DNA from: Candidatus Krumholzibacteriia bacterium
GTDB lineage: Bacteria; Krumholzibacteriota; Krumholzibacteriia; WVZY01; JAKEHA01
Direction: 5' to 3'
Length of the DNA stretch: 64,000 nucleotides
Assembly (NCBI GenBank): GCA_036273975.1
Contig: DASUGO010000106.1
Coordinates: 4,943 to 68,942, forward strand
Position 1 is the first letter of the stretch. Each line of letters starts with the position of its first letter. The translations under genes and the position numbers were made by a program. The notes beneath the pieces were generated by a model, which did no database searches, had not been told where the DNA came from, and was given only the letters and a program-made list of their open reading frames with translations. Below, piece by piece: positions 20,436-29,714 of this stretch.

Positions 20436-21383
20436 TCAGTTCTCCATGTATCCCTGGAGGAACTTGGCCCGTGTCGAGTGACGCAGGCGCTGGATCGCCT
20501 TCTCCTTGATCTGACGGATCCGCTCGCGCGTGAGCTTCAGACGCTTGCCGATGTCCTCGAGCGTCATCGGTTCGTCGCCGCCGAGCCCGAAGTACAACGC
20601 CAGGATCATCCGCTCGCGCTCCGAGAGCGTTCCCAGTGCCTTCTCGAGGTCGTCGCTCAGCGCGGCAACATACGTATCCTCGTCCGGGGCGGCCTGCTTC
20701 TCGTCGGTCAGATAGTCGACGAGCGCGGTGTCGTCCTTGTCCGCCGAATACGGGTCATCCAGCGACACGTGGGTGTTGGCGATCACCATCGTGTCTTCCA
20801 CTTCTTCGATCGATATCCCGAGCCGCGCGGCAATCTCTTCGGCGCTCGGTGCGCGTCCCAGTTCCTGGTCGAGTTGCCGGGACACCTTGCCGATGCGGTA
20901 CAACGTGCCAGCCCGGTTCAACGGGAGGCGCACGATGCGCGAGTGCTCGGCGAGCGCCTGCAGCATGGCCTGACGGATCCACCAGACCGCGTAGGAGATG
21001 AACTTGAAACCGCGCTCCTCGTCGAAGCGGTGCGCGGCCTTGATCAATCCGAGGTTACCCTCGTTGATCAGGTCTTCCAGCGACAGACCCTGGTTGGCGT
21101 ATTGCTTCGCGATCGATACCACGAAGCGCAGGTTCGCCTTCACCAGCCCGTCCAGCGCCTTCTGGTCGCCGGTGCGAATACGCTGGGCGAGGTCCCGCTC
21201 CTGCTCGCGCGTCAGCAACGGGGTCTTGTTGATTTCGTGGAGGTAAAGATCGAGGCTGCGCACGCCCCCGCCCGTGTCGGCTGCACGCCGCACGCTCTGA
21301 CTGCGCTCGCTGGCTTTCCTTTTCTCGGTACGCTCTTTCACCTGGCGTTCACTCATGAGCTTTCCCCTCCTGGTTCCAGCCAC
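20436..21383 (-). CDS. RNA polymerase sigma factor, σ70 family (RpoD/RpoS-like, short region 1)
   Basis: Regions 2–4 are recognisable (DLINEGNLGLIKAAHRFDEERGFKFISYAVWWIRQAM; LTRERIRQIKEKAIQRLR). It lies 7 nt downstream of htrA in the same operon. Confidence 0.85.
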   Translation of the reverse strand: MAGTRRGKLMSERQVKERTEKRKASERSQSVRRAADTGGGVRSLDLYLHEINKTPLLTREQERDLAQRIRTGDQKALDGLVKANLRFVVSIAKQYANQGLSLEDLINEGNLGLIKAAHRFDEERGFKFISYAVWWIRQAMLQALAEHSRIVRLPLNRAGTLYRIGKVSRQLDQELGRAPSAEEIAARLGISIEEVEDTMVIANTHVSLDDPYSADKDDTALVDYLTDEKQAAPDEDTYVAALSDDLEKALGTLSERERMILALYFGLGGDEPMTLEDIGKRLKLTRERIRQIKEKAIQRLRHSTRAKFLQGYMEN

Positions 21384-21390
21384 TGCCCGC

Positions 21391-22857
21391 TTACCTGCGC
21401 TCCGGGAAGACGGTCACGAACGTCGTGCTTCTTCCTCTCTTTACCAGGAAAGCGATGGGGTCTTTCCGCTCCTGCAGCTTCTTCGACACCGCGGCGTAAT
21501 CGTCGATACTCTTGACCTCGTGCGAATACACCTCGGTGATGATATCGCCTTCGCGCAATCCTGCATCCTCCGCGGGGCTTCCCTCTTCCACCTCGATCAC
21601 AACCACACCTTCCTGTCCCCGATCGAGCCGGTAGATCCGGCGAACTTCGCCCTTCGATGCGGCATCCACGTGCAATCCGAGCCACGCTTCACTGCGGGGC
21701 TCCGGTGCCGAGGCGACCGCCTCGTCTTCCGGGCGTTCACCCAGGGTGACGTCGATGGCCTGTTCCTTGCCATCGCGGTACACGACCACCGGTACTGTCT
21801 TTCCGACCGGCGTCGATGCGACCTTTAGACGGAACTTGCCATCGTCCCTTACATCCTCCCCGTCGTAGCGGACGATCACATCGCCGGTATGCAGGCCGGC
21901 CCTGGCGGCCGACGTCCCCGGCTGAACCTCACGCACCACGATGCCGTGCTTGAGGGCGATCCCCATTCCCTCGGCGAGGTCCGCGTCGAGTTCCTGCAGC
22001 ACGATGCCAAGATATCCATACTTGACCCGTCCGCTGGCGATCAGCTCGGCCATGATGCCCTTCGCCATGTTGATCGGAATGGCGAAGCCGATGCCCTGAC
22101 CCGACGGGTTGATCGCGGTGTTGATTCCGATCGCCTCACCATTGAGGTTCACCAGCGGCCCCCCGCTGTTCCCGAAATTGATCGACGCGTCGGTCTGGAT
22201 ATAGTTTTGATACGTCGCTTCGCCACCCACGATGTTGAGATCGCTGCGCTCCTTTGCGCTCACGATGCCGACCGTCACGGTACCCTGCAACTGGCCGAAC
22301 GGCGTGCCGATGGCCATCACCCAGTCGCCGACCCGCATCGCGTCCGAATCACCCAGCGTCACTTTCGGCAGCCCTTTCGCATCGTCCACCTGGATGATCG
22401 CGATGTCGGTGTGCCGGTCGAATCCCACCACGTGCGCATCGAACTCGGTGCCGTCGGAATCAGACTCGTCGCCGCTGTGGTCCAGAATGACCGTGATCTT
22501 GTCCGCGTCGCGGATCACATGATAATTGGTCAGGATGCGGCCCTCGTCGTCGAAGACGAAACCCGACCCGCCGCCGGGAACCCGGCGCCCGTGCGGCGAA
22601 CGCTCACCGTCCGGAAAAAACTCCCGGAAGAAATCAAAAGGCGTATCCGACGGTTCCCGGTCGTTGGCCGCCATCGCCCGTTCGGTCCGGATAAACACCA
22701 CCGCCGGGCGAACCTTCTCCGCCACATCCGCAAATATCGACGACCCGTCGGGCCGTATGGTCGCACTGCGATCCGCCGGAGCGGCCTCTACGGTTATTGT
22801 AGCCAGGACACATGCCCCGGCGAGTGTCAGAACCCATACGCTAGATTTCAAATTCAT
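21391..22857 (-). CDS. htrA: Periplasmic serine endoprotease DegP/HtrA (trypsin-like domain plus two PDZ domains)
   Basis: A signal peptide and the catalytic triad context (TNYHVI...DIAI...GNSGGPLVN), followed by two PDZ segments. Confidence 0.85.
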   Translation of the reverse strand: MNLKSSVWVLTLAGACVLATITVEAAPADRSATIRPDGSSIFADVAEKVRPAVVFIRTERAMAANDREPSDTPFDFFREFFPDGERSPHGRRVPGGGSGFVFDDEGRILTNYHVIRDADKITVILDHSGDESDSDGTEFDAHVVGFDRHTDIAIIQVDDAKGLPKVTLGDSDAMRVGDWVMAIGTPFGQLQGTVTVGIVSAKERSDLNIVGGEATYQNYIQTDASINFGNSGGPLVNLNGEAIGINTAINPSGQGIGFAIPINMAKGIMAELIASGRVKYGYLGIVLQELDADLAEGMGIALKHGIVVREVQPGTSAARAGLHTGDVIVRYDGEDVRDDGKFRLKVASTPVGKTVPVVVYRDGKEQAIDVTLGERPEDEAVASAPEPRSEAWLGLHVDAASKGEVRRIYRLDRGQEGVVVIEVEEGSPAEDAGLREGDIITEVYSHEVKSIDDYAAVSKKLQERKDPIAFLVKRGRSTTFVTVFPERR

Positions 22858-23300
22858 CGCTGATTTTGCTCCCATCATTTCATTTGTCTGACACCCGCAA
22901 CCGGACCATGTGCCCTCGGGGCTTCATGGGGCTTGCGGCGGCCGCACACAACGCGGCTCACTACCCGTGTACTGGCAGGGGGATTCGAAAGGACGATTCT
23001 CGGAAGGTTATTCGAGCACTCTCGACCAAGTGCATACATATTGTATCCCGGAACCGCCGATCCGTCAACCTTCTGGTTCCCACCCCTCTCCGCGGAACCT
23101 TTTTTCTTTCAAGAGGTTCCCCGCGCCCGGCCATCCCGGCCCTGGTAGCCGGACCCTACTTGTACGCGCCGGACCCCCTCCGGGTTCCTCGGCGCAAGGC
23201 ACTATGATTATTACGGTTGCAGGGCCTCGCCCCGATACGCCATCATGGCCCCGGCCCGGGACCGCAGCCCTCTGTCGTGGCGCGGGCCCCGGCCTTACCA

Positions 23301-24062
23301 ATGTCCGAAAACCCGGTCAACTTCATCCCGATTACCGCCAGCGACATACGTGTGGTGGCGGACACCCATTTCCGCGACCCCGGGCTGCCGGGCGAGGACG
23401 CCCGGCGCGAGCGCTTCCTGAAATTCGTGGATTCGCTGGCTCCCGGGACCTGCCTGGTGCTGCTCGGCGACATCTTCGACTTCTATTTCGAATACCGCTC
23501 GGTCGTCAGCCGCCGTTATCTCGACATCTACGAGGCGCTCGACCGCTGCCAGGCCCGCAACATCGACGTGCACTTCCTGGGGGGGAACCACGACCACTGG
23601 GTCGGCGAGTTCTTCTCGCGGGACCTGGGCGTGACCATCCATCAGACCGAGATCCCGATTGCGGCGCAGGGCCGCAAACTGATCCTGGCCCACGGCGATC
23701 TCGTGATGCCGCGCGACTACGGCTACAAGGTGCTCAAGGCCGTGATCCGCAACCGCGCCGTGGTCGGCGCCTCCCGCTGGATCCACCCCGACCTGCTGGA
23801 CGCGATCGCGCGCGGCGTCGCGCACGGCAGCCGCGAGTACTTCAGCGTCCCGCAGGACAAGCGGGCGCGGGCGGTTCTGGAACATGCGTGGGGGAACTAC
23901 TTTCGGCGTGGGAATGACGCGTTCGTCATGGGGCACGTGCACTACCCGATGCATGAAACCCGGGACGGGCGTGAGTTCATGATCCTCGGTGACTGGCTCC
24001 AGCACTTCACGTACGGCAGGCTCTCCGGCGGACGGCTCCGCCTGGAGACGGTCAGAAGCTGA
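23301..24062 (+). CDS. LpxH-family metallophosphoesterase (UDP-2,3-diacylglucosamine hydrolase-like)
   Basis: Calcineurin-like motifs are present (VVADTHF; GDIFDFYFEYR; GGNHDHW; AHGDL). The likely start is MSENPVNF at 23301. Confidence 0.7.
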   Translation: MSENPVNFIPITASDIRVVADTHFRDPGLPGEDARRERFLKFVDSLAPGTCLVLLGDIFDFYFEYRSVVSRRYLDIYEALDRCQARNIDVHFLGGNHDHWVGEFFSRDLGVTIHQTEIPIAAQGRKLILAHGDLVMPRDYGYKVLKAVIRNRAVVGASRWIHPDLLDAIARGVAHGSREYFSVPQDKRARAVLEHAWGNYFRRGNDAFVMGHVHYPMHETRDGREFMILGDWLQHFTYGRLSGGRLRLETVRS

Positions 24063-24966
24063 AGCCGACGCCGAAACGGTGGCTGTCGCCGAGGTCGTTC
24101 TCGACGGGCAGGAATGCGTAGTCGATGGCGACGTCGCGGTAGTTGACCCCGAGCCCGAACGTGGCGCCCTGCGAGTCGTACCCGGCCTTGTAACCCGCGC
24201 GCACCGCCACCGTCCGCCGGTACGAATACTCGGCGCCGATGTGCTGGCGGCCGTCGTCGTCGTTGGGGAACATCAGATCAACCGTGACGAGCACGCGTCC
24301 CTCCAGCGCGACCACCTCGCGCTCGTAGCTGCCCCCCACCTTGACATAGCGCGGCAGCGCGTACTCCTCGGTGTCGAATTTCATCGGCGCGCCGAGGTTT
24401 CCGGCCACCGCGGCCAGCTTGACGCCCTGGATGCGCGACGTATGGTAGATGCCGACGTCGAACGCCAGCCCCGCCGCCGAGAGCTCGTCGATCCGCTGAT
24501 AGACCGGCTTGATCGACAGACCAATGGAAACGTTGGGCACGATGTACCGCGCGAACGCGGCGGCGAACGCGACGTCGTAGGCCCCGAATTCGCCGAGCGC
24601 GACCGCCGAAGCGGCGTCATCGCGGCGCTCGAGATCATCCATGAACAGCCCGGTGAACATGAACCCCATCGTCCCCCACTTGGTCTCGTGCGTCACCGCG
24701 GCCTGCTCGAAGCGCAGGCTCTGGAAATACTCCACGTGCGACAGCGTGACCTTCGTCCCCAGCACCGCGGCCATCGCGCCGGGATTCCAGTAGACCGACG
24801 AGGCGTCTTCGGCAACACCGGTGTAGGCATCGCCCATCGCGGCGGCGCGCGCGCCGACACCGACGCGCAGGAACAGCGCGCCCGCCGAGCCGGGGTCGCC
24901 CGCCATCGCGGCACCGGGCAGCAGCATGATCACAATTGCCGTCAGGGCATGTTGCCAGCGCATCAT
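24052..24966 (-). CDS. PorV/PorQ-family outer-membrane β-barrel protein (T9SS-associated)
   Basis: A signal peptide, an alternating β-strand pattern, a C-terminal aromatic residue (GVGFSF) and the N-terminal segment AGALFLRVGVGARAAAMGDAYTGVAEDASSVYWNPGA are typical of the PorV/PorQ/UPF0164 family. It sits next to a T9SS cargo gene. Confidence 0.55.
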   Translation of the reverse strand: MMRWQHALTAIVIMLLPGAAMAGDPGSAGALFLRVGVGARAAAMGDAYTGVAEDASSVYWNPGAMAAVLGTKVTLSHVEYFQSLRFEQAAVTHETKWGTMGFMFTGLFMDDLERRDDAASAVALGEFGAYDVAFAAAFARYIVPNVSIGLSIKPVYQRIDELSAAGLAFDVGIYHTSRIQGVKLAAVAGNLGAPMKFDTEEYALPRYVKVGGSYEREVVALEGRVLVTVDLMFPNDDDGRQHIGAEYSYRRTVAVRAGYKAGYDSQGATFGLGVNYRDVAIDYAFLPVENDLGDSHRFGVGFSF

Positions 24967-24989
24967 GTTGATTCCTTGACCTTTCCGCT

Positions 24990-27900
24990 TCAGCGGCGAA
25001 TGGCGAACGGCTTGACCACGGAGCCGCTGCCGTTCTTTCCGTCGATCTTCAGACGCAGCATGTAAACGCCGCTCTTGAGTGCGCTCACGTCGATGACTTC
25101 GTCAAACGGAATCCCGGCGAGGCCGTTGGGATTGACGTTGAACGAACGTGTCACCGCCTCCTGTCCTTCGATCGTATAGATCGACAATCGGACCTGAGCG
25201 GAGGTGTTGGTCGCCACCCGGGCATGAACCTCGGTGCCCTTCACCGGGTTGGGATATATGATAAACGATCCGGGGTCGAATGTGCCCGTCGCGACGGCCG
25301 GCGCTCCGCCCGGGGCGGCCCGCCCGGTCCGCGCCAGGTCGGCGCGCGCCATGGTCCAGAACGGTGACGACACGTTGCTGTCGAGCGACTGCAACGACAA
25401 CGATGTCTCGTCGCTGGTGGACACCGAGTCGATCACGGCATCGAGCCCGCCAAAGAGGCGGTTGGCACCCAGCGACGCGAGCCGCCACTCGCCCGGCGCG
25501 ATCTCGGCGAGACTCGGCGCGGCACCCATTTCGGCGGGTCCCACCCGCGGGAAGCTCAGAGCCGGCTTGCCGGTCGCGGTCAACGCCACCATGGTTCCGT
25601 CGTCCAGCGGAAAGAGTGCGTCGACGGCGCCGTTGGCATCGATGTCCGCGAACAACGCGCTCTCCATTTCGCGTCGTGGACGAATTGCCGGTGCATCACC
25701 CGCTGCTTCGGGGCGAACGACCACGGGCCACTCCAGAAGCGTGCGCGCATTCGATTCCAGCAGATACATGTATTCCGAATCCCACACCGCGATCTCGAGC
25801 GCCCCGTCCCCATCGATGTCGCCCAGCGCCGGATCCGACGGATCGGTGGCGCGCAGTGCGCCCGACTCGATGCGCACGTCGTCATTGCTGGCCGAGAACG
25901 GGTCGAGGACAAACACGGTTCCGCGCGCAATCGCAACCACGATCTCATCGTCACCATCGCCGTCGATGTCGCCCACGGCCGGGGCCGACGGCCTGATCCC
26001 ACTGCCACTCGCGAGCGGGTACGACCACGCCACCGGCGCAAGCGCTGGCGCCGGTCCATTATAGGTGGCGGGTGTCCACGCGACGAACGCGCGCGCCGCG
26101 GTGCTGTCGAGACAGCTCGCGACGACGCCGAAGGTCTCGGTGGCACCATCGCTCATTTTCGACAGGCCGAGCGCCTGGACCTGCTGGGCGGGAAGCGTCA
26201 CCGGCCACAGCGGTCCCGTCTCCGGCGCCGACGGCACGACGAACGCGCCGGTGGCGTCGACGAAGCCCACGCGAATCGAACCGGCGACCCGTTCGGCCAC
26301 GACCACCTCGGGGCGTCCATCGCCGGTCACGTCGAGCAGCATCGGAGGCGCCGCCATCGGCTGGCCCGCGTAGAGCACGCCCGGCGTCGCGCCGTTGCCG
26401 TCGCCGTCCACCAACTCGGCGCCGTTCGCCTTCCACGCGTACACCAGGCCCGATTTCGAACTGGCGACGATCTCGATGTCGTTGCCGCCGTCCAGGTCGG
26501 CGAAGGCCGGCGGTCCGGTCCAGAACACGCCCGGCACCGCGATGAAGGGATCAATCGTTGCGGGATTCGCGTCGCCGTCCACCCATTCCCGGCCGGCCGC
26601 ATCAAAGACGTAGACGCCGGCGTCGTCCGACAGCACGACGACCTCCGCATCCCCGGTCCCGTCCAGGTTGACCACCGTGGCCGGCTGCGACGGCGACGCC
26701 GCTGCCCAGCGCGTGCGCACGTCGTCATAGTCGGATTCGCGGCTCACGCTGATGCGCATCGTGGTCCCGCGCGGAGAAAGTGTTTCGATGGTAACGCCGG
26801 TCGGCACGCCGGCGTTGGACAGCGAGGCCGGTTTGGTATCCGGCCCCAAACGCGCCGTGCCGCCGTCGCCCCTCCGGTAAGAATCGAAGTAACTCCCCAG
26901 CGAGAATGCGGCCGAACCGAGGCGGTCCATGTCCTGCACGCCGTCGGCCTCCTCGAGGTCCACGCCCTTGCGCGCGACGAAGTCGTCGGGCAGATACCCG
27001 TTCATCACGGCATCCACCACGACACGTTCATCGACGTGCCAGACATACACACCGCTACCCGTGTAACGAAACAGCACGCCGCCGTCGGCGTCGTAGATCG
27101 GGTACCGGGAATCCTTGCGCCGTTCCGCGGGGTTGGTGAGGTCGGTCAGAAAGAAATCGAACTCGGCACCGTCAAACGAATCCGTGTTGTCCGGAATGAG
27201 ATCGTCGTCGGCATCGCCGAACGTAAACAGGCTGTCGAAGTCGGCGTCGTGCTCGCGGTTGACCACGAGGTAATACTCGCTCTCGGTGATCGGCACCTTG
27301 ACGCACACGGTATCGGCATCGCTGCCGGTGTTGATGTCCGTCAGCCGGACCGTTGTGGCCCCGGTTGCCGCGTCGACCACCACCGGCTCGATCCATCCGG
27401 CGATGAGCCGGTTGAACGCGCAGGGAAATCCGGGCACGAATCCGTTCACGTTGAACAGGCCATAACCCATCAGGTCAAACCCGCCGACCCCCTGTGAATC
27501 GGGGCCGCCGCTCGGCGTCGAATCGAACATCGGCACCAGCCCGATGCGGCTCCCGATCTGGAACGACCAGATACCGAGCGTCCCAACGGTCGCGAAGTCC
27601 TGCGACGCGTGCGACGGGACGATGGAGAAGTTGTCGACGAAGAACGGTTCGCCGTTCAGCGAATCGGCGGTGGCCAGGCCGCCCGTGTTGTCGTCGTCGA
27701 GCGCGGCACGAATGTCGCCAAGGTCGTAGAAGCTCGACCAGATCTGGATCGGCGAATCGCCGTTGACGTCGGTCTCCTGTCCGGCACCGGCGTGGATGAT
27801 GAAGACATGATCGTAGGCGGAAAAATCGACCGCGCCGTCCGCCAGACCGATGACGGTCTGCGCGAGTTCGACGACACGGGTCTCCTCGTAGGTATCCGAG

Positions 27901-28355
27901 CCGTAGTAGCTCATCTTCTGCGGCAGCGTGTACAACACGCCGTCGATTTTCCACGGCATCTGCAGGTGGCCGCGCGACGCACCCCGAAAGTACTGCGCCA
28001 TGTGTTCGAGTTCGTTTCCAAACCAGAGGGAATCGCGGAGCTGGGGCCGGTTGCTGCCCGACTGACCGCCCATCAGGCTGTCCTGAAACTGGACCTGGAA
28101 CGCGAGAATTCGCAGCGTATCCTGGCTGGCCACGAGGCCGGGCTGCCCCAGCGAGCCGAGCAGCGTGCGCTGATAGACATTGAGCCGGGGCGGCGCCGAT
28201 GGCCGCATTTTCGCGGTAGCAGCCCGTCCGCCACCGGTCGACGTGTTGAACGCGGGAACGAGTCCCCCGGCGAACACGCCGGTTGTCGCGAACAACAACA
28301 GCAGGATACCGGCAGCCGCTGCACGCGGAAGGATACGGCGGGAGGAAAGATTCAA
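24990..28355 (-). CDS. Giant secreted protein with an M6 (immune inhibitor A)-like N-terminal region, multiple FG-GAP/VCBS-like repeats (DIDGDG, DLDGGND, DVTGDGRPE) and a C-terminal T9SS sorting domain
   Basis: A signal peptide, a repeated DxDGDG β-propeller signature, and a terminal ~80 aa (FIIYPNPVKG...GVYMLRLKIDGKNGSGSVVKPFAIRR) resembling a Por_Secre_tail. The start codon is TTG per the ORF track. Confidence 0.6.
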   Translation of the reverse strand: MNLSSRRILPRAAAAGILLLLFATTGVFAGGLVPAFNTSTGGGRAATAKMRPSAPPRLNVYQRTLLGSLGQPGLVASQDTLRILAFQVQFQDSLMGGQSGSNRPQLRDSLWFGNELEHMAQYFRGASRGHLQMPWKIDGVLYTLPQKMSYYGSDTYEETRVVELAQTVIGLADGAVDFSAYDHVFIIHAGAGQETDVNGDSPIQIWSSFYDLGDIRAALDDDNTGGLATADSLNGEPFFVDNFSIVPSHASQDFATVGTLGIWSFQIGSRIGLVPMFDSTPSGGPDSQGVGGFDLMGYGLFNVNGFVPGFPCAFNRLIAGWIEPVVVDAATGATTVRLTDINTGSDADTVCVKVPITESEYYLVVNREHDADFDSLFTFGDADDDLIPDNTDSFDGAEFDFFLTDLTNPAERRKDSRYPIYDADGGVLFRYTGSGVYVWHVDERVVVDAVMNGYLPDDFVARKGVDLEEADGVQDMDRLGSAAFSLGSYFDSYRRGDGGTARLGPDTKPASLSNAGVPTGVTIETLSPRGTTMRISVSRESDYDDVRTRWAAASPSQPATVVNLDGTGDAEVVVLSDDAGVYVFDAAGREWVDGDANPATIDPFIAVPGVFWTGPPAFADLDGGNDIEIVASSKSGLVYAWKANGAELVDGDGNGATPGVLYAGQPMAAPPMLLDVTGDGRPEVVVAERVAGSIRVGFVDATGAFVVPSAPETGPLWPVTLPAQQVQALGLSKMSDGATETFGVVASCLDSTAARAFVAWTPATYNGPAPALAPVAWSYPLASGSGIRPSAPAVGDIDGDGDDEIVVAIARGTVFVLDPFSASNDDVRIESGALRATDPSDPALGDIDGDGALEIAVWDSEYMYLLESNARTLLEWPVVVRPEAAGDAPAIRPRREMESALFADIDANGAVDALFPLDDGTMVALTATGKPALSFPRVGPAEMGAAPSLAEIAPGEWRLASLGANRLFGGLDAVIDSVSTSDETSLSLQSLDSNVSSPFWTMARADLARTGRAAPGGAPAVATGTFDPGSFIIYPNPVKGTEVHARVATNTSAQVRLSIYTIEGQEAVTRSFNVNPNGLAGIPFDEVIDVSALKSGVYMLRLKIDGKNGSGSVVKPFAIRR

Positions 28356-28380
28356 AACGTGTTTTCGGGCTTCTCGTTAA

Positions 28381-28407
28381 TGAGTCAGGACCGTTGAGTC
28401 AGGGACC
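28381..28407. promoter_or_regulatory. Tandem direct repeat TGAGTCAGG(G)ACC x2, 25-55 nt upstream of the giant T9SS cargo gene
   Basis: The repeats tgagtcaggacc and tgagtcagggacc are separated by 2 nt. This is the typical geometry of a winged-helix response-regulator binding site. Confidence 0.25.
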
Positions 28408-28610
28408 ACGCAACTCAATTGTAACACGGGGCGCGGACGGGGGACCGGAACGGTTGGACTGTAGGGGTAAAGCTCTATGGGGTCAATGGTAAAGGGGAGT
28501 TGTCGCCCGTAATTCGCCGCCCCTGATCGACGCTTACTCCGGCGCAACTCCCCCCCACCTGGTCGGCTCCTAACCAGCCTACTCGACGCTACCAGCCAAC
28601 CAAACTTTCT

Positions 28611-29714
28611 CTACTGAGCCTTCCCGACGCGCTTGCCGCTGGCCTTGTTGTTGGCGGCGGTCTTCTGCGCGCCCTTCTTTGCGGCACTCGCGCTCTTCAC
28701 GCTCGAACTCCTGGCGCTGACAACCTTCTCCGGCGCGGCCTTGGCGACCGGTGCCGGGCGGGTTGCGACGCGCGCTGTCGACTTCACGGCGGCCTTGTTG
28801 TCGGCACCCTGGCGGCTCGTCGACACGACGCGCACGCGTTCGGTTGTGGCCAGCGGGCGCGGCTCGCGCGTCTTGATCGCGGCACCCGTCGCGCGCGACA
28901 CGGTCGCGCGCTGCTTCGCCGCCTTGACGCCCGTGGACTCGCGGGCAGTCCGAACCGGAACCGCTTCGACGCGTCCCACCGACGCCACCCCGCCGCGATC
29001 CGGATAGGTCTGCTTGAACTTCACCGGACGCAGCACCTCGTACGGACTCGCGGCATTGCTGCGATACGACGCGTACACCGCGTTGCATTCGCGGCAGTGG
29101 TCGCCGATGCGCACGTGCACACCCACGCCGGCCCGGCACAGGTACGACGGGTAGCGGACCCACTCGTGCACATAGAAACGAGCGAAGCCGACACCCACGT
29201 AGTCCCAGCGGCACGACGCCGGAAGCAGCGACAGATAGAAGTCGTGGCAGGCCACGTACGGGTCGCCGTAAATACGGTAGCCGAAGCCGCCGACGAAGAC
29301 CGACGCGCCGTAGCACGAGTAATCGAACGGCACCGGACTGCCGACCGCGAACAGATGGGCAATGCCCACGCCGTCGAGCCGGTCGAGTCCCAGGTCGCAC
29401 GCCGCGTAGCGGTACGTGCGCCCGCCGTGCAACCACGCGCGGTCGTACGGCGAGGACGGATACAGCACATGCACGTACCCGGCCGTATCGACCAGCAGGA
29501 GCGTCGCGTAACAATCGTTGTCGGACCGCAGGTAGATCGACACGTCGCGGTATGAGGAGAACACGTCTCCGCCGTCCACCCACACCCGGACACCCGCCCG
29601 GCCACTGACCGCGAAGTCATTGTCGTGGGCCTGCGCGGTGGCAATTGTTCCCGCCGTCGCGGCCAGCGCGATCGCGGCCGCACCAATCCATAGATTCAAG
29701 GTTGAGCGTTTCAT
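28611..29714 (-). CDS. Secreted Cys/aromatic-rich protein with a Lys/Ala-rich, histone H1-like C-terminal tail
   Basis: A signal peptide (AAIALAATAGTIATAQA), about 14 Cys within ~200 aa, then a ~110-aa low-complexity basic K/A/S/T tail (AKAAPEKVV...KKGAQKTAANNKASGKRVGKAQ). It overlaps the upstream gene by 4 nt. Confidence 0.45.
   Translation of the reverse strand: MKRSTLNLWIGAAAIALAATAGTIATAQAHDNDFAVSGRAGVRVWVDGGDVFSSYRDVSIYLRSDNDCYATLLLVDTAGYVHVLYPSSPYDRAWLHGGRTYRYAACDLGLDRLDGVGIAHLFAVGSPVPFDYSCYGASVFVGGFGYRIYGDPYVACHDFYLSLLPASCRWDYVGVGFARFYVHEWVRYPSYLCRAGVGVHVRIGDHCRECNAVYASYRSNAASPYEVLRPVKFKQTYPDRGGVASVGRVEAVPVRTARESTGVKAAKQRATVSRATGAAIKTREPRPLATTERVRVVSTSRQGADNKAAVKSTARVATRPAPVAKAAPEKVVSARSSSVKSASAAKKGAQKTAANNKASGKRVGKAQ

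Noticed and set aside
19368-21515. 715-aa plus-strand ORF
   Set aside because: It is antisense to the M23 peptidase and sigma factor genes, which have strong motifs, and it crosses the intergenic terminator.
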